Positions 12,281 to 26,292 of a DNA stretch of 64,000 nucleotides are shown here, in pieces; position 1 is the first letter of the stretch, and the number at the start of each line of letters is the position of its first letter. Origin of the DNA: Acanthaster planci (lineage: Eukaryota); the NCBI RefSeq assembly GCF_001949145.1, contig NW_019091362.1, positions 2,301,838 through 2,365,837 of the forward strand, given 5' to 3'. The position numbers and the translations under genes were made by a program. Under the pieces are notes generated by a model. The model saw only the letters and a program-made list of their open reading frames with translations, was not told where the DNA came from and ran no database searches.

Positions 12281-12635
12281 CTCATCTGTTTAATTAAATG
12301 TCACTGATTGGACTTTTTGTAGTAATTTTTGAAATGATCATGCCAAACACAGTCAACATGCAAGCCCCCAGGTGGCTTAGAACAGGGCACACAACATTCA
12401 TGCCCAAAACAAATAAAAGGTATGTGAGCTCCTAAAAAATTTCAACATTCATCTGATCAAAGTTATTATTTTTTCCCGAAGATAAAAAGCTACCAAGTCA
12501 CCAACACATTTGAACTGTTCCTTTGCAACAATTCTATACATGGTGGTGTGCACCCCCCACCCCCAAAACACATACACACAAAGTCCACAGGACATCAAAC
12601 ATCCTCTTTTTTTCCATATGTATATGTGGGTCTAC

Positions 12636-12806
12636 CTTCTTTTCTTCTCTGTTGGTGAGGTTCTGCTTCGTCTGCAATGCCTCCATGGCAGGAATCCATT
12701 TGTCGTTCCACATGCGATCTATGCGCTGTTTGACCCATTCCAGCTTGACTGCATTGGCCCTGTCGAGAATGGCCATCAGACCTTCCTTGTCTTTTCTGAG
12801 GGTGGC
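12636..12806 (-). CDS. MGAT5: MGAT5 coding exon 5
   Basis: tacag|GCC ACC gives ATLRKDKEGLMAILD...WVKQRIDRMWNDKWIPAMEALQTKQNLTNREEKK (vertebrate WMRLRIRRMADAWIQAIKSLAEKQNLEKRKRKK). Donor AAG|GTAGAC. Confidence 0.92.
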
Positions 12807-13940
12807 CTGTATCATGCATCCAAAACAGTTTTATTGAGAAAAAAAATACAGAAACAAATGGTGACATTAACATAACAGTAAACTGAAGTCAAATTTACAG
12901 TCTGGGACCCATGACATCACATCCTACACACAGGGCTTTCTATATCCAGCAGATGGGAACATACACATCTATTCATCAGTTTTTTGACAGGCTGAAGAGG
13001 TCATAGGATCGCCCTCTGAATTTCGTATTGACATGAAAAAATATCTTCCAATCACATGTACCCTTCTATTGGTGTTAACATGACTACGCAAGTTAAAGTT
13101 CATGATGTAATTAAAACGTATTAACCCAGCAATGCCCAAATATTTTACCTGTTGACCGTTGAAGACTGTTTGGGTTTTAATAAATACAGAGTAATATACA
13201 AGGTGAACCTAAGGCCAATATACATGTGCCTATGTAATCTTCCTCTGAATTTCCAATTTCAAACCGATAGGAATGGATGTTAAATGCATCTACATGTATA
13301 TATCTGGTACCCTCTGTATGTATATGTAAATCCAAGCTTCTATCATGTACAGCACCATCCTGTATCTCCTCCTACAATTTCAAACATCCAAGAAATTTCA
13401 CAATTTTTCCAGCATCACACCCTGACCCTCATTGTTGGAACAAATTTATACCTTCAACAAATCTGCTTAACTCAAAATAAGAAGATACTAAAGTAGGAGG
13501 AAATGCACACCTAGGACTGATGGGTTCTTGCTTCAGAGAAAATGCCCGAGTTAATTGGAATTTCCAATATGAAGGACTTCAGCTTTCAGAGCAAACTGTA
13601 TGATACATGTACTCAAGATGTACAACACACTGCAACAGTGAAGCTGTCATGGCTGACCGCTTAGTAAGAATCAATTCAATGAAACACATTTTACAACTGC
13701 TTTGCTTTTGCTACGCATACATTTACATTGACCAGAAAAATATCCATTCTACCTAACCCTCAACCTACATGTACCTAACCCCATCCTTCCACCCCACCCG
13801 ACCCAATCCCAAACAAATCACTGCCCCTTCCTCTCACCACCTCCCTGCTCATTCCAAACAAATCCCCACTCCATCCCCACCAAACAAGCGATTTTCCCAC
13901 TGTGTCAGCTCCCCACTTATGCCACCGTATCCCCGGCCCA

Positions 13941-14060
13941 GATATCATGCTTGAGGCGGACGCTTGTTTAACACTGCAGAAAACAGACGATCCAACCCCG
14001 CCCCAAATATCATGCTTGAGGTGGACCCTTGTTAAACACTGCAGAAAACGGACAATCCAA
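13941..14060. repeat. 66-bp-period tandem duplication
   Basis: atatcatgcttgaggyggacscttgttwaacactgcagaaaacrgacratccaa occurs twice. Confidence 0.85.
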
Positions 14061-15350
14061 GTACAAAGTCCAATTATCATGTATGCATGCAAGTCTGTGT
14101 GGACAATGTATGTAATACAGTTATTAGAAACCTGTGGGTCTGCATGTGGTTGCCACGATGGAAAGCCCTGTATAAACCTATGGACAGACAGATGTTCAAA
14201 TAAAAGTATCTGTTGTGTAAACTCACATCTTCTTTGCAGCTAATCACAATTTAAAATGTAAACAATTTCCCTATTTGAAATTGAACAATTCCTCACTTAC
14301 CAAATGGTTTAAATGGATTCGTGTTTTTAATTTCTGAAGTAAAATTGCCATTTTAAAGGGAAAAATGTTATATCTAGATCTTAATATGTTGTCAATAAGG
14401 GATATCAAAATTGTAAAAAAGAAAAAACCGACATTTTGTAAAATGTAAAAAGCACAATTTCTCAACTCAGACGGGAGAAAGATTAAGATTTTGGAGAATC
14501 CAGTCAACACTTCTATGGACATGAAGTAGGTCACCAACTAAATGCATTAAGCATGAGACACAGGAATATCAGGTTACTTTCAGGTAACTTAACAGATGTG
14601 GGATTTCTCACAAACAAAACTAAATGAAAAAACAACAACACTAAAACAGTAATTGAAAAAGTAATTTCAATCCTTCTACATGCATGTCTCATCTTCACCA
14701 CATCACACACTCTGTAAGCTCGTTTGTGGTAAGGGGGAAACAATTTATATGTAGCTGTCTTCGTATGACACTGGTGGTAACGTCAGACATGGTTTGTGCC
14801 AGTAGGGCCATAATATGTGATCAGAACACTGAACAGGCTCCTAGAGCCATGCCAATGTCTGTTCTCACACTCATCCTTAACTCAATGTTAGCAGCCCTGG
14901 GAAAACTTGTTTAGAAGCCCTGCTTCTGATGGCTGCGAGGGAGGTTTTGACTCCGGGTGCACGTTAATGTCACAGCTAAACACACAAGTGCCTTTTCTTC
15001 ACTTCCCACAGTGTTTCATGTAATCATTGCCAACGTCTGATTTCGGTTCCAATTCAGTCTGTTTTAGTGTTTTCTTTGTTACATCCCAATCACTGCAGAG
15101 TAAGACAGGATACCTGTGTAAATACGTGATTACACCCTGAAGCTAATACGCTCTGACATTTTTCAGGTATGTGTAGATGCATGTAACTGTGATGACATAC
15201 ATGTACATGTGCTAGGGCAACCTAGCAGCCATGGTATTACTGTGATGGCATGGCCTGTTAACTGTGCACAGAAAGCAGCTGTGGCATGGGCAACCAGCAC
15301 TTTTTAGCCAGTTTCCTTCCACAAACAAGAGATCAAGAGAAATGCATTAC

Positions 15351-15788
15351 AAACAAGGATGAAGTGTTAACAAACACTGATGTCCCATCGAGCCCATGCC
15401 TAAATCCACAACTTTAATTTTTGAATTGCAAACAACATTTGTCCGAATTCTGTTAGCCATTCTGACACTTCAGACTGAAATGCAAATAGACTTGTGGAAT
15501 TATCAGAAACAATGCACAACCCATATTTGAAGTTCATACAAAAATATTTCTCAAGATATTGCATTAAAAAGATTTCTATCATTTTGGTAACTGTGACCTT
15601 GACCTTTGACCTTTTGGACCCAAATGTAAAAAAAGCTTCCAACAAACCAAATTTGAAAATTTATGTGTAAATAAGTTCTCAAGTTATCGGGCTGACAAGA
15701 ATATTACGGACACACACCCAAGGAAGGACAAGCCGGAAAGTACATGTACATGTATACCCCTTCAACCTTGTCGGCGGGGGCCTAAAAA
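15351..15788. mobile_element. Probable Helentron-associated non-autonomous element (HINE / DINE-1-like)
   Basis: Begins aaacaagg..tgatgtccc, has the core gtgaccttgacctttgacc and short ggac/acac repeats, and ends atacccc...gcgggggcctaaaaa (terminal stem-loop then A-run). Architecture recalled for marine invertebrate HINEs. Confidence 0.5.
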
Positions 15789-18700
15789 TGTAAATGTGTG
15801 CAGCGTACAGGAAGTACCGAGTAGACTGAAATCCAGTACACATCTGTTAAGGTTCATTTCCTGAACACATGTTGTTTTGTACCATTTAGGTAGACAATGT
15901 GAGCCTGTGGCACAAGTGTACTCCAAAACGTACAATTGTCGAAGAAACACCCTTTCTGCATTTAAGTGATCTTGCTTTCATAAGACACATCATCTTCAGT
16001 TTGAAGGCCGTCGTCCAGTCTGCTCTGGATTGGCCAGCTTTCTCCTTTTGGCTCTCCTCCACTTGGCCCTGTCTGCTGCATGCCTCACTATGACTCCAAG
16101 TAATCACACAAGACACTCACCCTTTTTCAATCTTATCATACCAAAATCAATACACTAACAGAAAGACATCTAAAAGTTCTGGCATACTTTGTCATCACAA
16201 AACCAAGCCCACTGATGAAGCATCCCTCGTGTTACACACTGTGTGTCTGTCCTGTAAAACCTACATGTACACTAAGATACATAGAGGTACATGTACCATC
16301 ACACAATGGACTACATCAAAATCACTAGGTTTTGTTAGGGTCTTTGTCCCTTTTTGCTTTGAAAGTAATGTAAACTTCTCCCACCCTAATCACCAGTGCC
16401 CTCTCAAGGAACCCATTTCTCTGACAGCAACAAATCCTAACCCTACGTTGAAACAATAATAGTCAATTATGTACACGTTCTCAAACACACATGTGCTTGG
16501 CCGAACTGTTATTTATAATATCCACATGCAACGGTACTTATACACACTACAAAAATACCCATTCAATCTTCGAAGTGAACCGCACGTGCATTCAATACAC
16601 TGTTGATTGCAGAAACCCACCCCCCCTTTTTATGGTTCAATGACGGTGAATTCAATTCAGATTCTGCATGGATCACACTGTATCTCCGTGTAATAAATAT
16701 ACTTAAGTGTGGCAGTATTAAACTGAGGCACTGCACCGCAATCTAATTTGCAAAATTCCGGCCGTAACGTGCAACCATTAAAGTTAATGGTCATCCATTT
16801 TACGACTGATCTGAGCCAACCAAATCATCCATGCATACACTACCCTGATGTGTTTCTTTATCTCCACCCCCCGCCCCCCAAGGTTGGTTGTGCATTGTGA
16901 GAGCTCACACGTGTATCTATGGGTAAAATTTGAGCCAACACGTACTGACTACACGAAACGCCGCTTCAGGTAGTCGGCTAAGAAGGCCATGTTTTGACAG
17001 GTTAGGGTAACCACATCGGCTGTGTGGAGGAAAAGAGAAAGTAAACATTTCCTACCAAATAGGAAGGTGAATATTTGATTAATGCACGTGATGCCTGCTG
17101 GGATTCTGAAGGATAGGAACGAAACAAAAATGTACAGGGATAGACGAGTATGTAAGAAGAGGCTCATTTCTAGGAGGGGTTCCATGAGCTCAGTCTACAA
17201 CATTCTTGCCAATTACCCTCAACTCTGACCAACATGCAGCATAGCATCATTTTTTGTTCCCCTCCCCGTGGTCGTACATAAACCAGTACATGCATGGATG
17301 TAGGACATACATGTACACGACAATTGCCCCGGAAAATCAGACGGCAGAGGGAAGGGGAGGCAGAAGTCTGAGCAGGAAGAAAAAAAGCAAAAGACACAAA
17401 TATGTTGTTCAACATCCAGTCATTCAAACAACTGACATAAGAGGAGTAAGTCTTGAAGGGCTTGGTAAAAAAAACAATGCTCCAAATACGTCTCTACAAG
17501 TTCCTTTAATTTGACAACCATTTTCAAGTTGGATTAAGACACCACATTCTCAGGGTAACAGGCTTTTTAACATTTCAAACGAGCAACTGATCTCTGCTAA
17601 AACTGCACGTACTCCAAACAAAGCCAAACCAGCATTCTCCCCTCCTACATCATTCTGTTAAGCTTTAATCTGGATTGATAGTCCCTTTCGGTTTAATCTA
17701 AATCCCAAATAAAGCAGGATGGGTAGTTTGAACAACAATTTTTTTTATCCATGCAAGTCCCACTTGGGTTGAGCTCATTCGTAAATAAATGGGTTAATAA
17801 ATAGTTAAAGGATGATTTAATGTTACTATTACAGTAATATTAACATATTTATCGCAAAAGATGGGATGAATCCATCTCTGCCTCACTTTTTCGGTCAGTT
17901 TTCTTCCTCAGAGGTATACTTAGGCAAAGGACTACTTCCTGTCTAAAACATGATGCAAGTTGATACCAGTTTATTTACCACTCCCCATAGGCCATCTGAA
18001 TTTGATACTGACTTCATTATGGAATATAGCCAAACACTAAGCAGGATATAAATGTATGTGGGTACATGCCCTTCCCATAATCTGTAAACATGTTTGTGGT
18101 GCATTGCCTTGTTAATGTACATGTAAAGGCATGATAACTGATAGCTACATGTAAGCAGCAAACATATAATGTACATGATCTGACACACCTCTTGCTGTGT
18201 TTCTAATCCTGGTTGGCTGAGAATATGGTCACAGGGGGTTCACTAATGTAGGCTACTACCAGGCAGTGAATAGAAATTTGCACTTGCATAAACTGGACAC
18301 CTGCTAAGACATTATGTACGCCCCTACCAGTATATTCTAGAGTATAGTGCCCAGTTAGGCACTATACTCAAAATGTTGATTGATTACAGCACCCTCATAT
18401 GACAAAAACAATTAACACCAACATTACAAACTTAATCTACAGAGACTGAAAGCATTCCTTGATTTTCTTGTTGAATTGCTTAGGAGTTGATGAGTTGAAT
18501 TGAAATACGCATGATGAGCAATGTACATGTACATGTAGTTCGTTAATGAGACTCTCCGAAAGGTTACTTTTCTCATTTTACATTTTGGACAAATGTGTGT
18601 TGTAAGATGCATACAGACTGCCATCATTTGGCAACTTGTGCACGTCCAGACCCCCCTCCATCAAGCCTGTGAGTGACCAGAAGAGGGTCAAATTTCCCAG

Positions 18701-19096
18701 GGCCTTTAGCATCGGGCAATGCTATACATGTACATTTAGCAGCCTGTTCTGGTCACTCATAGTCCCTCAAAGAGGCGCACTAGTGACCTAAGGCCAAAAA
18801 AAAAGACTCCGGTTTCTGGTCATGGACTTGGTCCAAAAGTGGTGCGGTGATGAGTTTTTGTTTTCTGGGATTTTTTTAATCCTCTTTTTCTTTTTTCCTT
18901 AGAAGTGATGCACATGCACATATACAGTACTTGCGCATGGCCTTGTTACAGTACTAATAAAAAGACCATAAAATATGACAAGAGGCAATGGTTTCATTCC
19001 TCTCACTCAAACAAGAGGCTTCTATTCATGGCAAGATTGAGCTTGTTAAAATACAGCAGCACAACCATGGAAAATCATATGTGACAAATAAATGGT

Positions 19097-19380
19097 CAGC
19101 TCCAGTTTGCAGTTTTAAATGAAGTTCTCATGAGGTAGCAGTATGTGACATTCTTTGCACATTGTATTCTGCTTTAGCTTAGAGGAAACAAGTTGCACGT
19201 CAAATAGCCTATGAAAAAAAAATAAATAAAAATAGTTCAGCTCCAGAGTCAAAATGAAAATAAAATTCTCACGAGGTAAATGATATACTGTGCACATTGT
19301 TTTCTGTTTTAGCTTACAAGAAATAAGCTGCATTTAATAAACTGGGGAAGAAATTCAGCTCAGAAAATAAAATCTCCTCT
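19097..19380. repeat. Degenerate ~140-bp tandem duplication
   Basis: cagctccag..ttctcaygaggta..tgcacattgtwttctgytttagctta occurs twice, with a partial third copy. Confidence 0.65.
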
Positions 19381-20332
19381 CACTCTAATCTACCGCTGTT
19401 CTTTGCAAGTGACGATGCATGACTTGTTACATGTATGGTTGTCATAACGCGATGCAAGTCCATCGCCACTGCATGCGTACGTACCGCCACTGCCTCGCTG
19501 ACACTGAAATAGACAGGCCCCTCATGGTTTGCTGCTCCAAAGCATTTTCAAGATGTATATTTACGGACATAAGACCACTTTGTTTGTCTGGTTCACAGAC
19601 ATATGAGGGCCCGGGTCTAAATCAATTGGCTACGACCAAAAATTACACCGAGCATTTGGCAGCATCCACGGCTAGTTCCCATAGAATCATGCATAATATC
19701 AAGCCGCAGCCAACTGATTCGGACACAGCCTTCGTGTAAAGATACACGAATGATGTCATCTGATCAGAGTGCCCGACTGAAATGTATGGAGGCCTAGGGG
19801 GATTCCATCACCGTACATATTACTCCACCCCACCCATTGAAAACATGTTAAAGTTACGCAGTAGCAGAATTCCTGCCGATCAAGTAAGTTTGGCGGCTTT
19901 TGGAAATCATTTTATGCAAAATTAAAAAATTCTTTGTTTTGCCGACGCACAGGTCTACGGCGACGTGCATGGTAACCAGAAACCAGAGACTTTTGGGGGG
20001 TCTTACTGCAAGTCCAAATGCACTTAAAAAGTGGCATTGCGTGCAACACTTACCTCTCAGGTTATCCCTTCACTTCTTGCATTTCATACTGACAATTACA
20101 TGTATAAGCTGTACACGCAAGCTGAAGAAGTGTGTATATGTACACTGCATGTATTTCACAGGTACATATGAAATCAAGGCCAACCTCAAGAATCCCTCTT
20201 GAGATTTCCTTTACGGAGTAACACTGAGTCATGAACTCTGGGAGATGGGGCACATGACTCCAACGGTGCTTCCAACTGGACAATCCATGATTCTTCGACA
20301 CTGACAACTTTTACACTTCGGTCAGAACCTAC

Positions 20333-20500
20333 CTTGGGTCTGTTGGACCCTGTCAAAAGGGGCCTAGGCGACTGTGGTCTCCACTTGAGGATTGGACACC
20401 ATGACTCCACCTCACTGAGGTAGATGAGGAAGGAGCACTCGCTGCCATCCACACCATACTTGCTGTAACAGGGGTCCGATGACCACATTTCCCTCATCCA
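20333..20500 (-). CDS. MGAT5: MGAT5 coding exon 4
   Basis: ccag|TGG ATG gives WMREMWSSDPCYSKYGVDGSECSFLIYLSEVESWCP, close to vertebrate WMKDMWRSDPCYADYGVDGSTCSFFIYLSEVENWCP. Donor AAG|GTAGGT, phase 0 to 0. Confidence 0.95.
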
Positions 20501-21422
20501 CTGGAGGGGTGGAGTCAAGAGAACGGGGGAGTTAAGACAGACAAGGCCGAGTCAGAGAAACAAATTATGCATACACTGTGAAAGTACATGTGCATTCAAC
20601 AGACACTGTAACAATAAGAAATCAACAAGTTGGGTATACGCAAAAGTCAAGGTCATTGGAGAGCAAAACTCCTGATGGCACACTACAATGTACATGTACA
20701 TGTTGTTGGATAAGTTCAATGCATGTGAGTCAATATATTATACAGCTGTGCTCTCAGAACACTGTCTCACTCCAAAAATTGTAATAATTAGTGTTGGTCT
20801 GCCGTCATAAAAATGATCAATCACACAGTATATAATAGTAAAACAGAGTTTAAATTAATTAAAATCATCTACAAATAGAGGTTGCAGAATTTCATCATAT
20901 TTTGCTGTGAGGATTCATTGCTGATGTAATATATGTATCAAAGTTGGCCAGTGAGCAAATTTCAGGTTCATAATGTAAAAAGAAAAGACCCATAAATGAA
21001 CAGTGTGTTCCTTGGATGACATGAAAGTAATTACACTCTCCCCTGGCTTGAAAAGCATACAGTTTGATCATGATGTTTGGTCAATTTTACATAAGACAAG
21101 AATGGAAAGCAGGACACTATTCATGTCATTTACATACATACATTGTACATGTAAATTTACAGTAGAAAATTGTGGAAATTCATGTCACAGAGCAGCGATA
21201 CTGGTAAGATAAATGTGAGAACACCCCTGGACATGCTGAAGCACAGCCTAAGTCGTGATCAAGATCACCACTTCAGGGCTCTCCAAAATAAAACAGTCAG
21301 AAAGTTTGGGGTAGAACGTTAGAACGATACACTGTTCTACTGAAGTTGTACCAAAAATGAATACAAATCAATTAAAATTCCCCGGTAAGCACATCATTCC
21401 CTGGAAATTTGTTTCAACTTAC

Positions 21423-21505
21423 GGCAATTTTCCGTTCACAATCTGGGTATCCCCGAAGCTCATCTCGGAGATACGAACATTTCATTTCTGGTTGCATAAT
21501 TAAAT
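21423..21505 (-). CDS. MGAT5: MGAT5 coding exon 3
   Basis: Not in the ORF track. ctgcag|AT TTA ATT ATG... gives DLIMQPEMKCSYLRDELRGYPDCERKIA (vertebrate EKCVLPPMDGYPHCEGKIK). Donor GCC|GTAAGT, 83 nt, phase 1 to 0. Confidence 0.9.
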
Positions 21506-24056
21506 CTGCAGCAAAACAAAATAAAGAAAATATTCAAAATACATATTTTCTGCCCATGCAAAGAAGCCAGTGTAGCGGTAAGTGTTCCTTGTATGTGATG
21601 TTCCAAGATAAGAGAAACTAAAGAGCAGACATTAACAGGTCTGGGGAAAAAAAACAGATACCTGGAAAAAAACACAAAGTACTGAAAAAGAGAAGTATCA
21701 GAGAAAAACAACTTGAATTTGTTAGAACACAGCTGCCTCCCACTAGCACTAAACAGTGAATAAATTATGTGCATGGTTAATGAGTAGATGTGATGAAATC
21801 AAATTACATCAAAGCCACACAAATCTATTGACCTTTGAGGTTATATGTCCCATTTATTCCTAAAATAGTTCAGGCAAATGATGTAAAAACTGCACATCTA
21901 TGCATGGTATTCTTCAAACAAATCCCTGAGTGTTACATGTATATCTATGTTTTAAGAATGTGGTGAAAACTTTCTGACATGTACTGGTACATGTACGTAT
22001 ACAAATAGTGTTTACTTGTTTACCAATCTGTTTTTCACAACACTGTGAATGCAGTTTTGTTGATCGGTGGTAATCAATACAAGTACACCAACATGTATGC
22101 AAAGGCCCATAAGAGCAGGACTTACTCGATCAGTGATCTTTTCAAATTTTTTTTTTTCAATAATTCACAAGGATTTTTACGGGTGACAGGAAATGATCTT
22201 GTGTGGCTTTCATGCACAAAGTAAGGTTTTCCTCAATAATTATTAAGGTCTTGGAGTGTGCCATCGTGGATAAAATAATCAGTCAGAGGATACTAATATT
22301 TCTGAGAAGACAGGAACAAGCCTTCTGCAATTCAGGCATGGGACTGGAAAGACAGAAAACAAAAGTGGAATTAGAGAATGAAGTTAAAAGACATACATGT
22401 AACTTTCCTGGACCCATAATAAGAATACATTAGAACCCTCCTATGCTAAGATGCATTCTTGACACAGTTGTCATATCAGTCAAAATCAGTCAAATTTCCC
22501 ATACGTGTCTGTGTACTGGGGGAAATCAATTGGAAGGCATTTTTGACTGTTTTTGACGGTTAAAACAGAAGGAGGGACAGGACATGCAAATACTCCACTT
22601 GATTTTTCGTGAAAGTTGCGAAATCCCTGAAATCTGTCAAAATCCTGAGAGGCACATCCTTGCTGAAAAAAGAGGGAAATTCCAAGCTGTGTGGGCATTG
22701 TGCAAGAACGTACTTTTCAATGTGTTATGGCAAGCTGGAAGTACATGTACCCAGTACATACAGTATATGCACACTGTAGGTACGGGAAGTAAACAAAAAA
22801 AACCAGGAAATATGTAGTTAGTTGAAGAAATGGTGATTAAAGCCTTAACCACATAACAACAGAAAAGCAATTATAAAATTAATATTCATGAATTCAAATG
22901 TTTGATTTTTGTGTTTGAAGTTAAATTTTATAAAAACCAAACATCCTGCCTGATGTGTACACAGAGAAGGGAGGTTCCAAAAGCAGTTTTTTTGGGAGGG
23001 GACGAGGAATTTTCGGGGTTTTTTTTAGGGGGGGGAATTTTGTCAATATTTTGATGTAACCCTTTCTAGAGGATGAGGCTACATTTTGGGGCTTTTTACA
23101 TGCTTTGGGAAGAAAGAGAAATAAAATACAGCTTTTAAAAAATCTGCTTCCTCTTATTTTTATTATTTCAAAATTTGGGGGGATCTATTACTTTTTGCAG
23201 GAATTCCCCCCATGCACCTGTGCACAAAACTTGCATCTTGTGCAATCACTGAGGTCTTCCTAGGATTTTACACAATACACGAGTACCAGCGCCGGTACAT
23301 GCATGCTCGACCATTTGACCTGAGCTAAATTTTGTAACTAAAAGTTGGGGGAAAAAAATCACCCAAAGAATTTATTACATACGTACAGTATGGATTTATC
23401 AGACAGCAGGCTATCGTCTAATTTTTAATGAATTTATTATACACTTTTACACTTATACTGGTGAGAATATTTAGTAACTGTTATTTATAACTGTTATTAT
23501 AATTGTTATTATTTTTGCCAGAATTTGTTATTCCAAGACTGCTTAGTGAATGAACAAATACATGTTAAAACACCACAAGGAAATGGTGACCCTCAAAACT
23601 GTGCAGAAAACTTCCAATCTTTGTTTTTAAGAAAACGTTGAGAAAGTTAATGATAGCTGTAAAGCCACGATTGATGATACACAGAATGAAAGCGAAGAAA
23701 TGAAAGTGAACTGTGACCTGATCAAGGAAATGAGTCGCATGTCAATCCCCAAAACAATTGGACGTTTATACATGTTTGCATGTACTTGACAATCCATGTA
23801 GAGTAAATTGACATAAGAGGGAGAGATGACAAAGTCTATTTTTGGAAAACTTGGCGTCAATACAACACCTTCAGAAAATTATGATGTGAACAAACAGAGG
23901 TTCCTGTATGCAAAAGACGTTAGAGTTCACCTAGCATTTTGGGCCAGCCTCCTTCCAAACACACATAAATCAGGACACAAACTGCCCATGAGATTTGAAC
24001 TTTACAGACTTGAGCAATGCTGAAGACTAGAACAGTGCTCTCCAGTCTAGAACAGT

Positions 24057-24311
24057 NNNNNNNNNNNNNNNNNNNNNNNNNNNNNNNNNNNNNNNNNNNN
24101 NNNNNNNNNNNNNNNNNNNNNNNNNNNNNNNNNNNNNNNNNNNNNNNNNNNNNNNNNNNNNNNNNNNNNNNNNNNNNNNNNNNNNNNNNNNNNNNNNNNN
24201 NNNNNNNNNNNNNNNNNNNNNNNNNNNNNNNNNNNNNNNNNNNNNNNNNNNNNNNNNNNNNNNNNNNNNNNNNNNNNNNNNNNNNNNNNNNNNNNNNNNN
24301 NNNNNNNNNNN
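24057..24311. other. Assembly gap (N-run)
   Basis: Ns. Confidence 1.
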
Positions 24312-26220
24312 TCATACTTAGGTATACTTTTCTTATTCCTCCACAGACATGCCTTGAACTTACATGTTGCATAACCGGCGGGCACACATTTTCGACGCAG
24401 CACCAGCGATGAAGAAATGAGTGGAAGTAAGAAAAATGGTACATTCAATACACAATCATGTACAATGTGGTTAAAAAACCTGACATCAACACCGTACGGC
24501 GAGATCAAATGCACTGTCGGAAATGTCCCCTGGGAGGTTTCCATTAACTTCACAGACCTCAACTTTAGATGTTCCCCATTACACGCAGGTCTATGGACTT
24601 CATGAATGATGACTAGCTACGAGTCTGGTACACAGGGTGTCAATCCTCTGGGGAGGGGGTGGAGATATCCTCCCACTTTTTAACAGGGGGAGGAGGAGGA
24701 TGGCTACTGGATAAACTCTCTCTGCCCCCAACCCTTTTTAGTGGTGAAGGGAGAAAGCGTGGATTTTCAGCAATCAAAATGTATCTAATAATACTGAAAA
24801 CTGGAGAAATATTACAAAGGTTTTATATACGCCATTATGATGTAAGGTAAGAGCGCAAGTACATGTACACTGCATCTTTAGTCTGATTAGTGCCCTTGTA
24901 GTGTCATGTGGTGTCTAACATCTCTACAAATCTCTCCAGCTGGGCAATATTTGATTTAAGTCATCCCCCATCGCATCCCCCCCCCATTCCCTGCACAGAT
25001 TTTTGCTTGAGAGATGCCAACTCTGATGGTTTTGCACTTTTGGCACCAGAATATCGTAATGAAATTAACAGGCTTTTACAAATGGCCCGTGAGACACATA
25101 TAATGTCTCTGGCTCAAGCTAATGACCCGATAACGGGCAATAAGGTAATATCCTATTTCACCTGACATCAGCTCAACAGGGACAAAATCCATCACTCATT
25201 GATTGCAGTACCCAATGTAGTGCATGTACAGTACATGTAATTTCTCAAGAGCCTGAGAGATTCAATTAAGCCACAAGGCAGTGTGCAAAAGTTGTGGCTG
25301 TGGCTTGAACTACAGGTAACATGAGCACACTATGGGAGCCACTAGCAAGAGGTTATCCGGCTCCCCATACAAATGTACATGAGTGTGCTACTCATAGCCA
25401 CGTCCATTTGGATTAATGCAGGTTGCTCAGTAAGCTTGCCAATTTAGTGAACACCAAGACAGAGTGCAGGTCTCTGAAGAGGGAACCCCTTGAAAAGTTC
25501 CACTGGTATTACACAGGTACATGCAGTTTTCATTGGCAGAGCCAGTTGGATCCTTGTGTGAACACCAAGACTTCATTTCACAGGTGCTTTTACGGTAGGC
25601 CAAAATAAGAAAAACCTTCCTATTATATGTCGTCTGGAAACTGGGTACCAGTAGGTACTGGTAAGCAGGTACATGTACCTGTCCTTGATGGCAGAGAGTT
25701 TTGTTGACGTTAAACATGGGGGGGGGGGAAATTTTATTAACATACTGATTCGTTGAAACTAATTGGTTGAAACTAATGACAACAAAGATGTCAGGTACAA
25801 GTACATGTAATACAAGTAGTTGTTTCATAGGAAATGAATAACATTTTAAAGGATACCGGTGGCATGCATTTACATACACCTTTTATATTGTCCCTTTTTA
25901 TACCATACCTTTTTGTACTACATTCAATGTACATGTATGTCACACCATACACTGTATACTTTTTTATTTCCAAATTCATATTATTACAAATCTTTCTCCC
26001 ACAAAACTTCCGGGTCACACAATCAAAAGAGGGTAGGGTGGGAAGTAGGAAATGTAACTAATTTTTTTTTTAAGTCTGTGTAAATCAACTGTGAAGTGTG
26101 AACCAGTCACAAAACTTGAATACAGAATGCATGACATCTTTGCCGGTTCCCTGCTTTTGCTATTTAAAAAGCAAACAAATTCCTGAGCACTGTAAAATTT
26201 GCCCCCAGTGTTAGAGGCTC

Positions 26221-26292
26221 TCCAGACTAGAACAGTGCTCCAGACTAGAACAGTGCTCAAGACTAGAACAGTGCTCTCCAGACTAGAACAGT
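26221..26292. repeat. 18-20 bp minisatellite (ccagactagaacagtgct) x4; the same unit occurs at 24024-24056, running into a gap
   Basis: Direct reading. Confidence 0.9.

Noticed and set aside
15886..16116. Purine-rich minus-strand ORF in MGAT5 intron 4
   Set aside because: No polypyrimidine acceptor, no similarity to GnT-V, and exons 4 and 5 already join in frame with no missing homologous sequence.
26221..26292. CRISPR-like array
   Set aside because: Units are head-to-tail without unique spacers, the context is eukaryotic and there are no cas genes.
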